The notes under the pieces are model-generated. The model did no database searches. It was not told the DNA's origin and saw only the letters and a program-made list of their open reading frames with translations. From positions 197,233 to 261,232 of the forward strand of contig JALMLS010000208.1 in the NCBI GenBank assembly GCA_038496445.1: DNA of 64,000 nucleotides. Reading direction: 5' to 3'. Position numbers and translations under genes: made by a program. Position 1 is the stretch's first letter. Every line of letters starts with the position of its first letter. This document shows, piece after piece, positions 26,820 through 39,341 of the stretch. The DNA is from Trichosphaerium sp. ATCC 40318. Its lineage: Eukaryota > Protista > Tubulinea.

Positions 26820-29279
26820 TCAATTGAATCGCACAACAGATTCGTTAATCGATCTTTTGCATCTAACAAATGAAATATTAGAAAAACAAACATATTTTCG
26901 AATCCAAAAAAACTCCAGTACCTTTTGGTATGCCATTCACTGTGATACTTTTTATCTTTGTCAATCTTTTTATAGAATCTGGCAAACCTTTCCTAAATAT
27001 CATTAGACTATGAAGTATACGAAGACTCAAGGCTTACGGTTTTAGTGGTAATCTACTCAACCACAAAAGTGCCAAGTTAACTAAATTCCCAATATTTTCT
27101 GGAAGAGATTTAAACTTGTTTTCACATCGTCTACGAAAGAAACGTGTTAATTTGTTGGGTGTTACTATTCACTTTATCCAAATATGTACCTAATATGATG
27201 TCCAACTCCTTCACCCAAATAAAGCTCTGTAAGCTTTGTAAGGTTGCATATTTCATCAGGAAGTGTGTTTAGTTTATTTCCCAATAAGTTAAGTTTCTCC
27301 AAGTTTACTAGGTTCCCAATACCTTCACCAAGTGTCTCAATACCGTTATCAACTAAATTTAGTAGCTTTAAGTTGGTAAAGGAGAACAAAGTTTCTGGTA
27401 GAAACTGCAGGAGTGGAGTAGTGTTGTATAAGCTCAAAACTTGAAGTGACTCAGTTTTTCTGTCAACTTGATCAATTTCATCTGGAAGTACTAGCACACA
27501 AGATTGTTCATATAATCCTTTAAAAAAGTTTCCGTACAATGGCGAAAGATCACCTAGTAAAACTGTTAATAAAAAGTAGCTAATTTTAGAACAGAAAACT
27601 CTGAGAGCGGAAAAAACAGTATGCGATTTTCTTCTTTCTTTCAAAACGAGTTTTCGTATTTGTTTGGATATTTACCTGAGTAATAAGTACATTTATCACT
27701 ATGTCGTGATGGAGTAATAAAAGAAGAATACCTTAAAGGCGAAATAGCTTTATGTTGACCGTCTTCTCCATTGTCTTGTTCTAAAACAAATACTCATTAA
27801 AATCTTGTAAAAAAAAACAGTCATAAAGTGATCAGTACCTAGCATTATTGATTCAAGTTGTTCCTTAAGATTACCCTCAGAATAATCTGGTAATTTACTT
27901 ATCCATTGACGTATTGTAGAACTAAAACAAGGATTTCTGAAAGGCTTGTATGTTTCGGTTTCAGGTAAAGGTATCCCTCTAACTTTTATCATGTACAAGT
28001 TTGTCATGTATGAGTTAGAAGAGTCTACTCTTATTTTACCAAGCAATCCAACCTTTAAGTACTTTCCAACTGCATTAAAAGGCTTCAAGATAAAGTGTTT
28101 TTCTCCTAAAGAAACCATACATAAGCATCTCATTCGAGAACAAACAAACTAATACTAATACGACAACAGATTTTCAGAAAAAATATCACGTGATAAATGG
28201 TTTGAATAGAACTCAGCTTATAGCAAAAGTAGTCTCTATAAGTTTTTTTAGCGTACCGGACGATCTACTGTATTGGTACGCAATTGATGTTGTTTGAAAA
28301 TCAGTTGGAGAAGATCCAACAGAGAAAGTTACTTCACGAGGTGTATACGGGTTTCCACCATAAATTTGTTTCACCAATAAAGATACCATAAGAACAAGAG
28401 AAACTTCTGAATCCATTATTTCGTAAATTACATAATCAGTAGAGTTTGGATCAAAACTACCAGTAGTGCTATGCGAAAAAGGGTGAGAAGCTGATTGGTT
28501 TTTTTTAGAAAAAGAAAATAAAAGGAACGTGATGCAACAGTTCGATTCAGTCAAATGCTTCCCTTTGTCCACCCACAGACCCACAAACCTCACGTTGGTA
28601 AACCCAGTGGAAGCGCTAACGCCCTTTTAATACTGGTTCTGTAGACATGAGGTATGTGGGTCTGTGGGTGGACAAAAGGGAAGCATTTGAATGAATAAAA
28701 TTGCACGTGTTCTTTGTTTTACAAAAACTGTACTGTTGAATTTAGACAAACGAGAACAACTTTAAGTTCGTTGATGATTTGTTATACCTGTACAAGTTCC
28801 CAGCCAGGCTATTTTCGGGACCTTGGAATCGGTAATCTTCACTTGAAGCTCTATTTTTAAACAAGTTGCGTTAGTCCTGTTAAAACAGCGTGTACGCTTA
28901 TTTCCTTACTTTACAACTGATAACTCCATAGGTTCCTTTGCACACAGGCGTTCAGTACACTCTTTCTCTGCGATTGAGTTAAATTAAACCGTGGGTGCCT
29001 TTTAAACTATGTACCCATAAGCTCCATATCGTAAGCTTGTTTACAAGAGTCCCAGATGCCGTTTATAGCTTTTGTGTTTTTACTTACGCTAATTAAAACG
29101 AATAAACAACGTTAGTTTTATGTAAAATAAACGTACTTTAGGAAGTGTCGGCTCCACAGCCTGTCGCTGTCAGATATTTCTTTGAACAAAGTGCATACGC
29201 ATGCACACGTTGTTAAACTGCTTGGAGGCAGCGGCCATAGTATCAATTCTATTATTTCTTCTGGTAGTTGCTCCATCAT
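26820..29279 (-). CDS. F-box protein with central galactose-binding/discoidin-like region and C-terminal leucine-rich repeats
   Basis: Exon 1 MMEQLPEEIIELILWPLPPSSLTTCACVCTLFKEISDSDRLWSRHF (F-box); middle ASSEDY...STTGSFDPNSTDYVIY...GKYLKVGLLGK; LRRs such as NLEKLNLLGNKLNTLPDEICNLTKLTELYL. 3' end approximate. Confidence 0.8.
28545..28696. mobile_element. MITE-like fold-back element inside an intron
   Basis: About 50-bp inverted repeats TCAAATGCTTCCCTTTGTCCACCCACAGACCCACA / TGTGGGTCTGTGGGTGGACAAAAGGGAAGCATTTGA; more GC-rich than flanks. Confidence 0.7.
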
Positions 29280-29303
29280 ATGTATGCCTTAGCTTATCAA
29301 CGC

Positions 29304-30172
29304 TAGTGGTTGTTGGTAAACGGCTTATTTAACCGGCTTAGTCATTTGGCTGTTACGAAAAAAATAAATGACTTAAATCTTTTCGGCTGAACCAAGTAGC
29401 GGAACCAAAAAACGTCTACGAACAAGAACTGCTGATGTTTTTGTTTATGGACCATGATAGACTCGCCTGATAAGGTTTCTTGTGCCTATTGTCAAGCACC
29501 ATTCAGTCGCAACTCCAGCACTGATACACTTCGTAAGCATTTACAAGTTTGTAAATTGTGCTTAAACGATGGAACAAAAGCCCAGCTGAAACAACTATCG
29601 CTTACCTCAATGGGATTCAAAGCAAACCCTACGCTATTGCATGAAGATCAAGTGCGCTTAGACAATTTGTTATTGAGATGGGTTCTACGAAGATCAAAAC
29701 CATGGCAAGTAACATGTTGCTTCCGCTCTTGATCCTCGGATTCTTTTTTTTTTTCGAGAACTTTTATTTTCTTTTTTTCTTAGATTGCCAAAGAACTGAA
29801 GCAATACAGACAGATGCCTGCACTTGCCTTAAACCAGTGTCCATTAACATGGTGGCGTGGCAACCGTTCTTACTTTCTCCTTTCAGCTTTGCCTAGAGTG
29901 TACTTAGGAATGCCAGCAAGTTCCGCAACAGTTGAGAGAGTATTTTCTCGTGGTTCTATTGTGATGACAAGCAAACGTACTAGTCTGAGTACAAAATCTC
30001 TAGAACTGCAAGTTTGTGCTGCAGTTAATGCTAAGTACTTAGACTACATAAACTACAAATAAATTCCAAACACGTGTTTTATTGTAACAATTTGGAGCCG
30101 GTTAGCCAGTTAAATAGAGTTGTTTTTGTTTGAAAAGTCATTTAGAGCTGAGCCGTTAACTTTCAACCACTA
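29304..30172 (+). mobile_element. Non-autonomous hAT DNA transposon (internal deletion derivative), 869 bp
   Basis: TIR TAGTGGTTG...AACGGCT (18/22 match), perfect 8-bp TSD ATCAACGC at 29296-29303 and 30173-30180; encodes a BED finger and the hAT C-terminal dimerisation domain. Confidence 0.92.
29454..30062 (+). CDS. Truncated hAT transposase: BED zinc finger + C-terminal dimerisation domain, no catalytic core
   Basis: CAYC...STDTLRKHLQVC; intron 29709-29783 joins KPWQ|IAKELKQY in frame to PLTWWR...PASSATVERVFS...KRTSL. The original 5' end (29368-29453) has a stop and a frameshift. Confidence 0.7.
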
Positions 30173-30283
30173 ATCAACGCCAAAACCAGTTAAGTCACTC
30201 ATTGCATTAGAGGGCAATACGTAATTCATCACGCTCAATCAGACTTTCCAATGTGAAGTGTTGACAAGTCAATAGTACATCAA

Positions 30284-30585
30284 CCGAATGTCAGCCATAT
30301 TGTCTGGGCAGCATCGCTTTTGAGACAGTTTCAGAAATTCCGACATTTTTGAAAAAGTGTTTTGAACAAAATTGCTTTGACTGTCGGTACTTTTGCTCGG
30401 CACAGTATAAACGAATCGCCAAATGGGTTGTAACACTATTATTATAGCATCCTAGCTACATGGTGAAAATATCAATTGAAGTTTAAGATGGTTCTGAGGT
30501 GAGTAAAAACCGTCTCAAAGATTCTCAGTAATTTTCGAGACTGTCTCAAAAGCGATGCTGCCCATACAATATGGCTTACATTCGG
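30284..30585. mobile_element. MITE with about 55-bp TIRs
   Basis: CCGAATGTCAGCCATATTGTCTGGGCAGCATCGCTTTTGAGACAG versus CTGTCTCAAAAGCGATGCTGCCCATACAATATGGCTTACATTCGG; flanks TACATCAA / TACTTAAA may be a decayed 8-bp TSD. Confidence 0.8.
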
Positions 30586-30904
30586 TACTTAAACTGCTTC
30601 TTGAAACATTGGCAGCGGCTGCCACACCGCAAACTACACTGCTTGAAGTGCATTCAATCTGTTCCTAGATGCACAAGGAGTTGGCGACTAAGTCTCGAGA
30701 ATATAAATAATTATAAATAGCTTTCTAATAACCTGTACATTGGGGCCTCCAGTGACAAAGTCATTAACAAAGATAAAGTGGAACAAAAAATACATGTTAA
30801 TGATGGCAAAGATGGCGTCCGTCTATCCGTGCACAAGTTAAGTAAGGCTAAGTTATTGTTGGTGTTAATTGGCGTTAATTTGACTTTGCTACAGGTAGTT
30901 AACG

Positions 30905-32171
30905 ATGAGGTACGTAGTTTTGTAACGATAATTTGTTAATTGTTAGTGAGACTCTTCCTACTGAAGTTTGGTACAAGATTGCTTCGTTCCTTCCAATATC
31001 ATGCTTACTCAATCAATTTGGTGTTTGTTCTACATTTTACAGAGAAACAGCTACCCAAGACTACATTTGGCGTTCTAAAATTAAAGAATTGTATGGAGCC
31101 ACTTACATTACAGCCGAGCCATGTCTAGAGACGTTTAAACAACTCTACCTTGTTAGATGGGATGTCAACAAATGTGGTAGGTACGTTTCCTTTCAACAGG
31201 CGCAAACGCCCTTGAGACTGCTTTAACAGTGCTCACGTCGCGTAGGAACGTTGTAATAAAAGAAAACGGAACAGTCCTCATCATGCCATCGAATGACAGC
31301 ATTACACTATCCACTAGATGCTTTAAAGGTGAAGAGAGGTACTATTGGGAGATGGAAACTTCGCTTCCAAACGGTTCAAGCAGTGGAATGGGTACGACTG
31401 AAAAACGAAGAGAATCGATGTAAGATCTTCCGTTTTTTTTCTTTGAAAGAAGAAGTGTCAGTTAATCCTGGTTTGGTTTAGGTAAATGGACTTTCCGTCT
31501 TGGTGTTGCTGATAAAAGCGCTTTAGATTGTCCTGGTGGTGATTTATGGTATGTCAATAATATAATTAGATTGAAAGTCTTTTTTTTTTTGTTGCTGTCT
31601 AGAGGAGGCTGATTAACAGTTATAGCCGGCTAGCCGTTTAAGTTTTTTAAATCGGCTATAATCGGCTATAGTAGGCTAAAAAATTGAACTGTCAAAAAGT
31701 ACAAGAATGCACAAATGTGACGTTTGAAAACATTAAAAAAAATTTCTCATAAAATTCTGATTTCGGTCTCATTTTGGTTATGTGGATTTCTCTACAAACA
31801 CGTTTTTTCAGGCAGCAAGGTTGGTCAGTCAATGGCATTGGCAGTGTTCATTCAAAAAGAATGACAATTAGAAGTACAAAATCATACAATAAAACAGAAG
31901 AAAGGGTTGGTTTTCTTCTTGATATGAAAGAACGTACTGTAAAGTACTTTCTTGGTGGAAAGTTTATTGACACAGTATTCACTGATCTACCAGGTGTGTG
32001 ACCTTTCAACATCCCAACCACTTTTTTTTTGTTAATTGTTTGGTACTAGATGAGATCTACCTAGCAGCTAGTAATGGCATAGGTGCAGGAATTGTAAAGA
32101 CATATTTTGGTTTACCAATACCAGAGTATATTGAAGAAGAAACTACTGTTAAACCAATAAATAATAATTAG
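30905..32171 (+). CDS. F-box + SPRY domain protein
   Basis: MS|ETLPTEVWYKIASFL...IWR F-box; SPRY motifs RYYWEME, RLGVA, GWSVNG, RVGFLLDMKERTVKYF, IYLAAS; start inferred. Confidence 0.8.
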
Positions 32172-32534
32172 TCATTCATAAAGGAAAGGGAGTAAGTCAT
32201 TCAGCTCACCTTCTGAACTCTTAGTTTTGGTCACTTTGTTACAATACGTTTGATAGTTGCTTAAGTTCATGGTATGAAGAAAGTTTCGTTTTAGTTTGAC
32301 TCTGGAACTTACGTATTTTACTTCTTTTTATCTCCTTGTGAGCTTCTTTTTATTTACCTTTCGAGTCACGTCCGTGGTTAAACAAAGCTTCGTTATCGTA
32401 GCAATAGAGTTAACCACATTCCTTGTTATACACTGATTTGTTCGTACTAATATCAAGCACGGCCCAGAAAATGTGCTTCTAATGGTACTGCTCACAAAGT
32501 CATTTGGATTGAATATTAGTATATTGTTTTTTCT

Positions 32535-34399
32535 TTACACTTTTCTATCGTATTTGTTTAGATTTTGTGGTGGCGACTGAGGAACATGATTATGGTTCTC
32601 TCCAGTATATCCATATTCGGATGAAGACATTCGAAACTCATCAGTAGCATCAGATTTACCATCAATTTCGATATAAGCACGCCTTGTATTTCTATAGTGA
32701 CACCATACAAAACAAGGTAAACAAAAGGCAAATGATAACCACAATGCCACCTAACATTAAAGATTAGCAGAACAATAGAAGTGCGTTCTAAGAAAAAAAA
32801 GAAAAAAAAAGAAGAGAAACTTGAGCCTTCGTATTCGTCTTGGTAGCTTGTAACAACAACCTAATACAAAGTGTTCATCTAAACATACATGAAAGAAAAC
32901 AAATCTAAGGTATCCAGTTGTGAATATACAAGCCAAGAATAAACCAGTGTAAGATACAACGAGAACAGCAACCAAAGCAAAAGTTGATGTTGCTGTCGCT
33001 GCACTTAAATGGACCAAACCTCTTACAACATAACTGTGCGCAGCTAATTAATACTTTAGAATAGCAGAATAACAATTGATAAAAGAGTTTAGTGTACCAA
33101 ATGTCAATACTGCAACAAGTAGGAGGGAAAAGAATATCCAGTGTAACCAATCCATTCCTTTATGCCAAACAATTCTGACTTTTATCGACTTGAAGAACTC
33201 CAGGAGAGCACGTGTTTCAACCAAATCTGAAAGCAATTAAAAAACATTGCTGAACATATTAGAGATATGGAAGAGGAGGTACCGCTGTATCCCTGTGATT
33301 GGGCTTGAAAAACAAGACCAGAATGGCCATTGCATCCGTTGGAACATTGAAGCTCAGTTGAAAGAACAAGTTTCTTTCCAGGGTCTACGTTCAAGCATAT
33401 CGCTGAGTCTGTCCATAAGTACCTGTACAAATAAACAACATTTAGTACACTCTTTTTATAGTATGATATTCAAACCTACTTGTCATAGCCCTCTGGTCCA
33501 GAAAGAGAATCATATTGTTTATCTCTGAACGTTGGAGCAAGAACGAACATATTTTGGTTTTTCATAGAACAGTTAGACTCAAATTCTGCGGTGAAATCAA
33601 ATAACGAAGCATTAGATCGTAGTAACCATATGAAAAGTTTTTCATGCAATCCACGAGGTACATCTCCACCTAGATCAACAAATTAAGAAAAAAAACAGAA
33701 AGAAAGTTTTTACCTTCATGTATGAATCCTGTTGTGTTTAAAGTACAAGCGCAGTTGTTAGGTAATTTTATACCTACTGCTATAAAACTATTAGGCCAAT
33801 CATTCTCGAATTGACCATGATCAAAATCATGTAGTTCCAATAAGTTAACATTCTTTGGGTTCGCTTGGTACAGCAAAACTAAAGACAAGAAAATTGCTCC
33901 AGTAAAGATTAAGAAAAGAGTTGAGGCGCCTCCTTGAATGTAACTTCACGTTAGTACTCTTTATCGCTATCATTAATATATAGGGTACCTATGACGCTCT
34001 TATATCCGTCTTGAATGTCAAGAAAGCGTATATATTTCCGTGTCCTTTCTTTGCAACTTCGAAGCAAAAAATTAGCTATTTCAAAGAGATCACCGCCTAT
34101 TGTGCAACACAAATATCCTTTAAACATACCTGCATATCGATAAAAGTATAGGAGATACTGTAGCAAGAACAGCACATGCTATTATCAAACCTACAAAGTG
34201 CGGTCAAAAATACTGTTTTTGTTTTTTCGCCACGTGCTCGATGTGATGAAAAGCACTTAAATCTGATAAATAAACGCGTACCAAAGCGAATGCGGTTATC
34301 TTTATTAGTTTGAAAGGGATCCCATGTTAAAGGATCGTGATCTCCTACATTTCTCTCCCGCACGCATGCGTATTGAAACACACTCTCGTAATTAATCAT
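32535..34399 (-). CDS. Multi-pass membrane protein of unknown function, multi-exon
   Basis: GT-AG-bounded exons with an N-terminal TM (STLFLIFTGAIFLSLVLLY), a lumenal region and several C-terminal hydrophobic segments; start inferred. Confidence 0.5.
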
Positions 34400-34539
34400 G
34401 TGAGAGCCTTACGAACCTTTTTAGTGAGCTTCCTTTGACTTTTTTTACAACAGAATTTTTTCTATTTTGAAAAAATCAACGCCTTAACTACAAGGGCTTA
34501 AGGCAACATCGATCTTTCATCTTTAGCGTACGCAATAGT

Positions 34540-36415
34540 ATGGAGAAAGAAGTAGCGTCTTCGTCAACTATATTACCTAACCAACCTATTGTCATAGACA
34601 ACGCAAGTTTTTTTTTTTTTGATTCGCGGACAATCACGTGTAGTTGTTTGCGTAGTCACAAAATTAATGTATTCGATAGGGTTCAGGTATACTAAAAGCT
34701 GGTTATGCTGGTGAAGAATCTCCAAGGCTCATTTGTCCTTCTTAGTGCGTTTATTATAAGCTCCGCTCACTTGTGACGCTGTACAAAGCGAAATAAGCGA
34801 AGAGAAAGCATGTATTTGACTATTGTTTGGTTTACTTTTTTTTTTAGCGTTGGAAGACCTAAACATGAACGTGTAATGGCTGGAGGAGTAGAAGGAGATA
34901 CGTTCGTAGGCAAAGACGCAGAGGTATTGATTATTTTGTTCTAAATACGCCTATTTGTTCTCTAAAATATTGCTGTTAGGAGATACGAGGGCTTCTTCGC
35001 TTAAACTACCCTTTAGAGCATGGCATAGTTACAGATTGGTGAGATATCATTCTTGTGATGCTATAGCGTTCTTATTTATTATTAGGCATGATATGGAGCT
35101 CGTTTGGGATCACGTGTTCGAAAAGTTAAATTGTGAAGCAAAAGAAGTATTACTCAGCGTTTTTTCACTTATTCCCGTAATTCTAATCGATTTAGCATCC
35201 TGTTCTTCTTACTGCAGCGCCTTTGAACCCAGTGAGGTACGTCTGAACCTATTTTTAAAGTGTAATCTTTGTGTAGCTCTGTCGATAAATCAGCTCAAAT
35301 ATTTTTTGAACAATTTGGCTCTCCTGCTTTGTATATATCTCCACAACCAGTTTTAAGCCTTTATGCAACAGGAAGAACAACTGGAGTTGTTCTAGGTAAG
35401 TGTCAGCGTTTTGATTTTCTCTAAGTGTTCTTAAGATAGCGGTGATGGCGTCACATTTGCTACTCCAATATACAAAGGATTCTCACTTAATAATGCAACA
35501 GTACGCATAGATATGGCTGGAAGGTAATATACTACAAAAAATTATCACGTGGTGAAATTTTATTCGGTTCTTTTCAGCAATCGTAAACCGCTCAAAAATA
35601 CGTGAAGACACGAAGTCATGTTGTTGTCAAATGAAAAACTTTGTTTTTTTGAAATCGATTAGTTCTTTTGTGTTAATTATTGTATTATCTTAGGGATGTA
35701 ACTAATAGACTACAACTTCTTCTGCGTCGTGCTGGGCATATTTTTTCGACATCAGCTGAGAAAGAAATTGTAAAATCTATAAAGGAAAAGACATGTTATA
35801 TCGCTTTTGATCCACAAAAAGAAGAAGATGAATTACCAAATAGAGATGATCCAGTTACTCTTGCTTATAAGCTTCCAGATGGCAATAAGATATCTTTCGG
35901 CCCAGAGAGGTTTAGAGCACCCGAAATATTATTTTCTCCTCACTTGATAGGCTCTGAGCATCCGAGGTAAAAGAAAACGAAACAGAACCAAAAACTCAAA
36001 GGTTTTTTAATTACTTTACTTCTAGTGTCGCTCAGAGTGTCGAGTATGCAATCACACGCTCTGATATAGACATGAGACAGATGCTATGGTCTAATATTGT
36101 ACTTGCAGGTGGATCAACACTATACAGTGGTATGAGAGACGTCAATTTTGGAACAAACAAACAACTTTTTCTTAACATGTTTTGTTGATTTTTCTGATTG
36201 CTTGTTTAGGCTTTGGTGCACGTTTACTAAAGGAGCTTCAACTTGTTGCTCCACAAGATACTAAAATTAAAATATTCGCACCACCAGAGCGTGCACTTAC
36301 ATGTTGGCTTGGAGGTTCTATTTTAGCATCATTAACAACATTCAGTAGTATGTGGGTAACTAAACAGCAATGGGAAGAAGAAGGACCAAATGCATTTCTC
36401 TCCCTTACCTTATAA
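34540..36415 (+). CDS. ACTR1: Actin-related protein, Arp1/centractin-like
   Basis: NQPIVIDN|[102 protein letters not shown] and T-AE-EIV match Arp1 better than conventional actin. Confidence 0.85.
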
Positions 36416-36623
36416 CAAACCCAGTAATAATAAAAGCATACTAATACTAATACGGCAGACGCTAGAACTAAAGTTCCTTGAAACTCTTACCAACGTACAT
36501 CAAGTATCATTCGTCAAACAAAACATTTTGTATAGTAAGTTCATTGACTTCAATGTATGTCATATGTCACGTGTCATTTAACAAAAAATCTATTGCACGT
36601 TCTTCTTTACATTTCGAAAGCGT

Positions 36624-37226
36624 TTACTCTTGCGGTCTTGGATTGAAATACAAGCCTACAATAGGCATTGCAGACTTGACAAGCTCCGTAGGCCAAATGA
36701 GTGAGTTAAAAAAATTACGTCCACTGTGCAATTTCATACCACCTCTGAATGCCTCCATATCACCCTTATAAGGTTCAGGTTGATGCCAATGGTGTGGTGA
36801 CATATCACTATGCTGAGGGTATGCGTTTCCTTCTTTTTCCGCTGCTCGAAAGCTCTGCAGCTCTTCTACGCCATCGTTGTAGTGTAAAACAGCTTCACAG
36901 GCAATAAACCCAGCAAAATAAGCTGTAAGAGCGGTTTTTACGCGTGGATCAGCTTTATTCCATCTATTTATCCATGTCGTTGTAGATTTACGCGTGGTGT
37001 GCGCTGGGTTGCCGTCAACAATTATTTCGGTTACTATTTCTTTGGAACTCCCTTCACCGACTCCCATAGCGCCTTCCGTAACCTTACCATCCGTTTTCCA
37101 TCGTCGAAAATTACGTAAGCGATGGCGTAGTGCAATTTGGGCATATCTTGATGTATTTCCTGTTTAAACGGCTTCTGTTAGGCGGATATAATTTGTTTAT
37201 TGATGGAGAAGTAACGTACGTATCAT
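36624..37226 (-). CDS. Hypothetical protein, possibly mitochondrion-targeted membrane protein
   Basis: Arg-rich N-terminal segment (IALRHRLRNFRRW) in frame with the 147-aa ORF; one or two hydrophobic segments; start inferred across a short intron. Confidence 0.45.
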
Positions 37227-37586
37227 TTGTGTTATCTAATAATGTAGCAGGTGAGTTTAAGCAGCAAACAATGACATAAAGAGTGAGTTCATTTCCATGT
37301 TTTCAGTGAATCTGGTTAACTCATCTAGGCTAATCTTTTGCAAACACATATAACTTTGTAATAACCGTTCGCGTTTTGGCAGCCTCAATTAAAAGACTTT
37401 GCTAAAACTATCCGTTCTTACTTGACAGAGAAGTACAAATGTGCTAGTTCCAGGCGTATCAAAAATAACAGAAGTACTACTAACACATACAGACTTGATT
37501 TGGTCGGACACGTGGTAAACCAAACGGATTTGGTTTTTTTTTGTCTTCGCTTAACTTCGCTTTAGTTTGCCTTCATTTTACTCACC

Positions 37587-38710
37587 ATGCAACCTGTTAT
37601 TATTTGTATCCTTCTCGCTGTAACCACTGCTTACGCCGGCAATTTTCAATGGCAGAATTGCGGTAAGTCGCTAAAAAACGGTGTAAAGGTATCTAATAGC
37701 GTTATAGATGGTACCAGTCCTGTTCAATTCGATCTGGTTGAAATGACGCCTTGTACGTTCACATATGTTTTAATTTAGTTGCAATATGGTCTCCAAGCGT
37801 AAGGGTGTCTAATTCAGCGCCAATAGCCTTTTTCTAACGAAAATGTTCGCTAATTTAATTAGATCCACCTCAAGTTGGCCAAAACGTTACTGTAAAGAGT
37901 CACGGAGATTATGAGACTGCTCTAGTAAAAGGAGACTTTTGGACGACTTCACTGTACCGAAACGGCTTCAAAGTGTCAAGCGAAAACGGTACGTAGTTTA
38001 GAAAGCCGTTGCAAGTGACTAATTGCTCCGAGCGGTCTTCAACTTCGCAGCAGCTCCGTTTTTTTCTCTTTCGCTAAAAGTTCTTCTCTAGGTGACGTTT
38101 GTTCTCCACCTATTGTTACAGGATGCACTTGCCCTTGTGCCTCTGGTTACCACTCAACCTCACAAACATCTATAGTACCAAGTAATACATCTCCAGTACG
38201 TCCAGACGTCTTTTTGGATTTTTTTTGCAATTTTTTTTAGAAGTTATTTTTTTTCTCTTTGTTCGTTTTGAAAACCTACCTCAACGCTATTGTAATCCGT
38301 TAAAGTTGTGATTTATGACAGGGATAATTTTTCTTCCGTTTGTGATCTTAAAAATTTCGGATTGTTGAGCGCGAATCTTCTTTTATGGTTTCCCACGATT
38401 AACCACAATAATTATTACGATTTACCGCCGTTTATTTATTTAATGACTTTGAAAAATCAGAGTAAAATACCCACGTGTGTTTTCATATACCTTCGGCGTC
38501 CTAATAACTCAGAAAAAGATTTTGTTTGGTTTTTTTTTGAGTCTGAAAAAGAAAAGTTTCTTTCATTTTTTTTACGGCTTCACACTGCTTGTTAACGTGT
38601 TTGATACTTATATTTGCTTAAAGGGAGATTTCACTGGACGCTTGGAAGTTACAACCAGTAGCTATCAACGTATCTCTTGTGTTGAGTTTCAGTTTACTGT
38701 AACCCAATAA
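37587..38710 (+). CDS. ML-domain (MD-2/NPC2-like) lipid-recognition protein
   Basis: Signal peptide, FQWQNC, MTPYPPQVGQNVTV, DVC...CPCASG, P|GDFTGRLEV...RISCVEFQFTV*. Confidence 0.85.
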
Positions 38711-39014
38711 ATTAACCATTCACAGTAAAATTAGTTGGCACAATGGATAAATATGATACCTGGTAGGCATATTCTTGTGTTTGGTTCCTGAGTAAGTAGG
38801 TGAGTAGGTGAGTAGTACTTCAATGTGAAATTTGATACATCGTACCAGATATTAATGTAAACCAGGTGCTGTTAGTTCATAATTTTTACAATTTGTTTGT
38901 TTTATTAGATACAAGTTAACTCATTTGCTTGTTGTGTGATCTTCCTGAGATGTTCCTTTCTTCTTGAGATTTACACCACGTGCACTTTTTATGTTTGTTT
39001 CATTACAACGTGGT

Positions 39015-39341
39015 TTACAAGTATCCATGTTCTTTTGCGTAATCCATCCATTTTATCTTTTCTTCTGGTATTGATATACTAACTCCATTTAAGTCAGAAA
39101 CCTCTTTTCCAGTTACAATCTGTCTAGCAAGTAAGAAGTACCATACTTGGTACTGACTTGCTTGGTATGATCTCATTATTGTAGGAAGAGCAGGTTTTCC
39201 TAACTTTACAAGTTGTTTGTAAGCGTCACATGCTAAGTAAGGTTCAAAACATGAATGAAATCTCTGTGTTTCGCTATGCTTTGCCCAATCAGATAATAAA
39301 GTTTCTACTTCCTTTGTACTATTGTTACTAGCTTTGTTCAT
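39015..39341 (-). CDS. Small intronless protein resembling an uncharacterised prokaryotic family
   Basis: 108-aa uninterrupted ORF with pattern W...S...AYKQLVKLGKPALPTIM...WY.L..IVTG...W...GY. Confidence 0.6.
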   Translation of the reverse strand: MNKASNNSTKEVETLLSDWAKHSETQRFHSCFEPYLACDAYKQLVKLGKPALPTIMRSYQASQYQVWYFLLARQIVTGKEVSDLNGVSISIPEEKIKWMDYAKEHGYL

